A stretch of 62,740 nt of DNA, counting the filler, from Basidiobolus ranarum (lineage: Eukaryota), in NCBI GenBank assembly GCA_040143965.1. It is 42 parts of 42 records of this genome, joined end to end, with 100 filler letters (N's around TTAATTAATTAA, not from the genome) between each part and the next. Parts side by side here need not be neighbours in the genome. Positions count along the whole stretch, not along the records: positions 59,864 to 61,252 come from JASJQH010005329.1; positions 61,353 to 62,740 come from JASJQH010005330.1; 40 more parts are not named here. One strand, given 5' to 3'. The notes under the pieces are model-generated. The model ran no database searches, had not been told where the DNA came from, and saw only the letters and a list, made by a program, of their open reading frames with translations. Below are positions 61,194 to 62,740 of this stretch, piece after piece. A program made the position numbers and the translations under genes. Every line of letters starts with the position of its first letter. Within the stretch, counting starts at the first letter, position 1.

Positions 61194-61352
61194 GACGGAA
61201 GGGGGCGGGTTTGGTAACCCGCCCGCACCCCTATCCACTAATTAATGCAAAGNNNNNNNNNNNNNNNNNNNNNNNNNNNNNNNNNNNNNNNNNNNNTTAA
61301 TTAATTAANNNNNNNNNNNNNNNNNNNNNNNNNNNNNNNNNNNNNNNNNNNN

Positions 61353-62486
61353 TGTGCAAAGATTTTGTAATTGGATATGAAAAACTTTATTACAGGTTTA
61401 AAGAAGATAGACTGAATCTATGCTGGTATTCAATACATTCCCTGCTGCATCTTTCACAATGCTTAGAGATTATAGGCCCTTGCTATACATTCTGGGTGTT
61501 CCCAATGGAGCACACCTGCGGTGAAAAGATGCTCCATGTGAAATTGTCAGTATTAAAATATGATAATCTGATTAACAATGTATCAGCAAAATCAGGTATG
61601 GATGTAATGTAATGGGTTATGGAGACTCCACAGTATATTAATCTACCTACAAAGGGCTCTTTTCAATGTGCTCATGGGTTTTTGCATTGTTTGAGCACAA
61701 TAACAGCCACAAAGCCCAATCCATGGACACAGAGTAAATACCTCAATAATCAGACTCATTTGCTTGTGTGATAATCTGAAGATATTTTTAGAAAAGCTGC
61801 AAGACAGACTTCTTGGTGAGATACATCAAGATATGCAGTAATTTTGTTTTAGCCATGGAGTAATCTATTCAAGCAATGACACATCTACTTGTGGCAGGAT
61901 ATTTGCTGACTGCAAGTTGGGATATATGGCTGAATTCTTTACGGAAATTTGCAAAAATCCAAGAGCTTATTCTTGTTGTGAGCAGTAACAAGAGTCAGCT
62001 GTTTGTCAAGCTTCAGTGCTATTCAAAATTTCAGATGGATAGCATTTTTCCACCATTGGTTTGCTGGTAAAGCATATTGATGTTGCTAAGTTATGTATAA
62101 TCAGTCCAGTATGTGCATATGTAGAGACTAAACACAACAAGATTCTTGTATTTTTTGATTCTCATTATGGCTTGCATACAAAGCCTTAAGTATCTAAATA
62201 AAGGCATGCATATTAATTTGAATTCCTGTAGCAATAAACCCAGTAATTTGCAATTCAAAATTATTTTTGTGCAAAAATTGCTGGATATTGAATAACGCAT
62301 GCCAAATTTGAGGATCAATATTTTAACATGTATGAATACCATCAAAATACAGTCATTAAACCACTGTTACACCATCTAAATCCCTGGCAGAATGCAAGCC
62401 ACCAATATTGTGACAGTTCTCTGATGGTTTTTCTATTTTGGAGGGTGGATCTGATCCAGATCAAATCAATTTTATTTTTGTTACGG
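61353..62486 (+). mobile_element. CACTA transposase 3' half and right TIR (TTTTTGTTACGG), followed by Copia RT on minus (62487-62740)
   Basis: Colinear with 27013-28098; HQMDIKTAFLNRDLE on minus after the junction. Confidence 0.9.
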
Positions 62487-62740
62487 CCAAGTGTGCTTCT
62501 ATCTTAGTGTACCTGGCCCTGGGTGATTTTTTATGTCCTTAATATGATTTTTGAAGCTTCCACATGTCTTCAGGTTCCACAAAACCATCTGATTGATCCA
62601 TGAAAATATCCTATTCCAAGTCCCTATTCAAAAAAGCAGTTTTAATATCCATTTGATGGATTTTTACGATGTGTTTTCCTGCTAGTGCTAATATGGTTCT
62701 CATGGCTTTAAACTTTGCTACAGGAACAAATGTTTCATTG

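Noticed and set aside
1404-61352. Regularly spaced TTAATTAATTAA palindrome with ~1.4-kb spacers (CRISPR- or integron-like periodicity)
   Set aside because: Always embedded in 44+44 Ns, stops in all six frames, and contigs are size-sorted: an assembly concatenation linker, not biology.

Overview
This window is not one locus. It is 42 small (~1.39-1.40 kb) contigs in descending size order, joined by 100-nt linkers (N44-TTAATTAATTAA-N44), so adjacency across a linker means nothing. The DNA is eukaryotic and fungal-like (GT-AG introns, CE4, LysM and LPMO-like genes, Copia/Gypsy elements). An early-diverging, Basidiobolus-like fungus is my guess only. About three quarters of the contigs are nested, CpG-depleted transposon debris. 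This comprises (i) one abundant CACTA/EnSpm (CMC) family with CCCTAACA TIRs and two divergently transcribed ORFs, reconstructable from fragments; (ii) several Ty1/Copia families; (iii) a chromodomain-bearing Ty3/Gypsy; and (iv) a PIF/Harbinger-ISL2EU-type (DDE_Tnp_4) element with AGACTTGTTCCAT TIRs and AWT targets. The CpG-retaining contigs hold host genes: an AA11-like LPMO with CBM5/12, a DUF1647-like membrane protein, a CE4 deacetylase, a multi-LysM protein, two convergent CsbD-like paralogs, two tandem PEP carboxykinase genes, a POT/PTR peptide transporter and a bacterial-type CAP domain. The most unusual object is a 281-bp LTR-like repeat (two copies) carrying a complete 73-nt tRNA-like cloverleaf with A and B boxes 26 bp from its 3' end, a tRNA analogue of the 5S-carrying Cassandra LTRs. 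All assignments come from motif recognition by eye; no searches were run.
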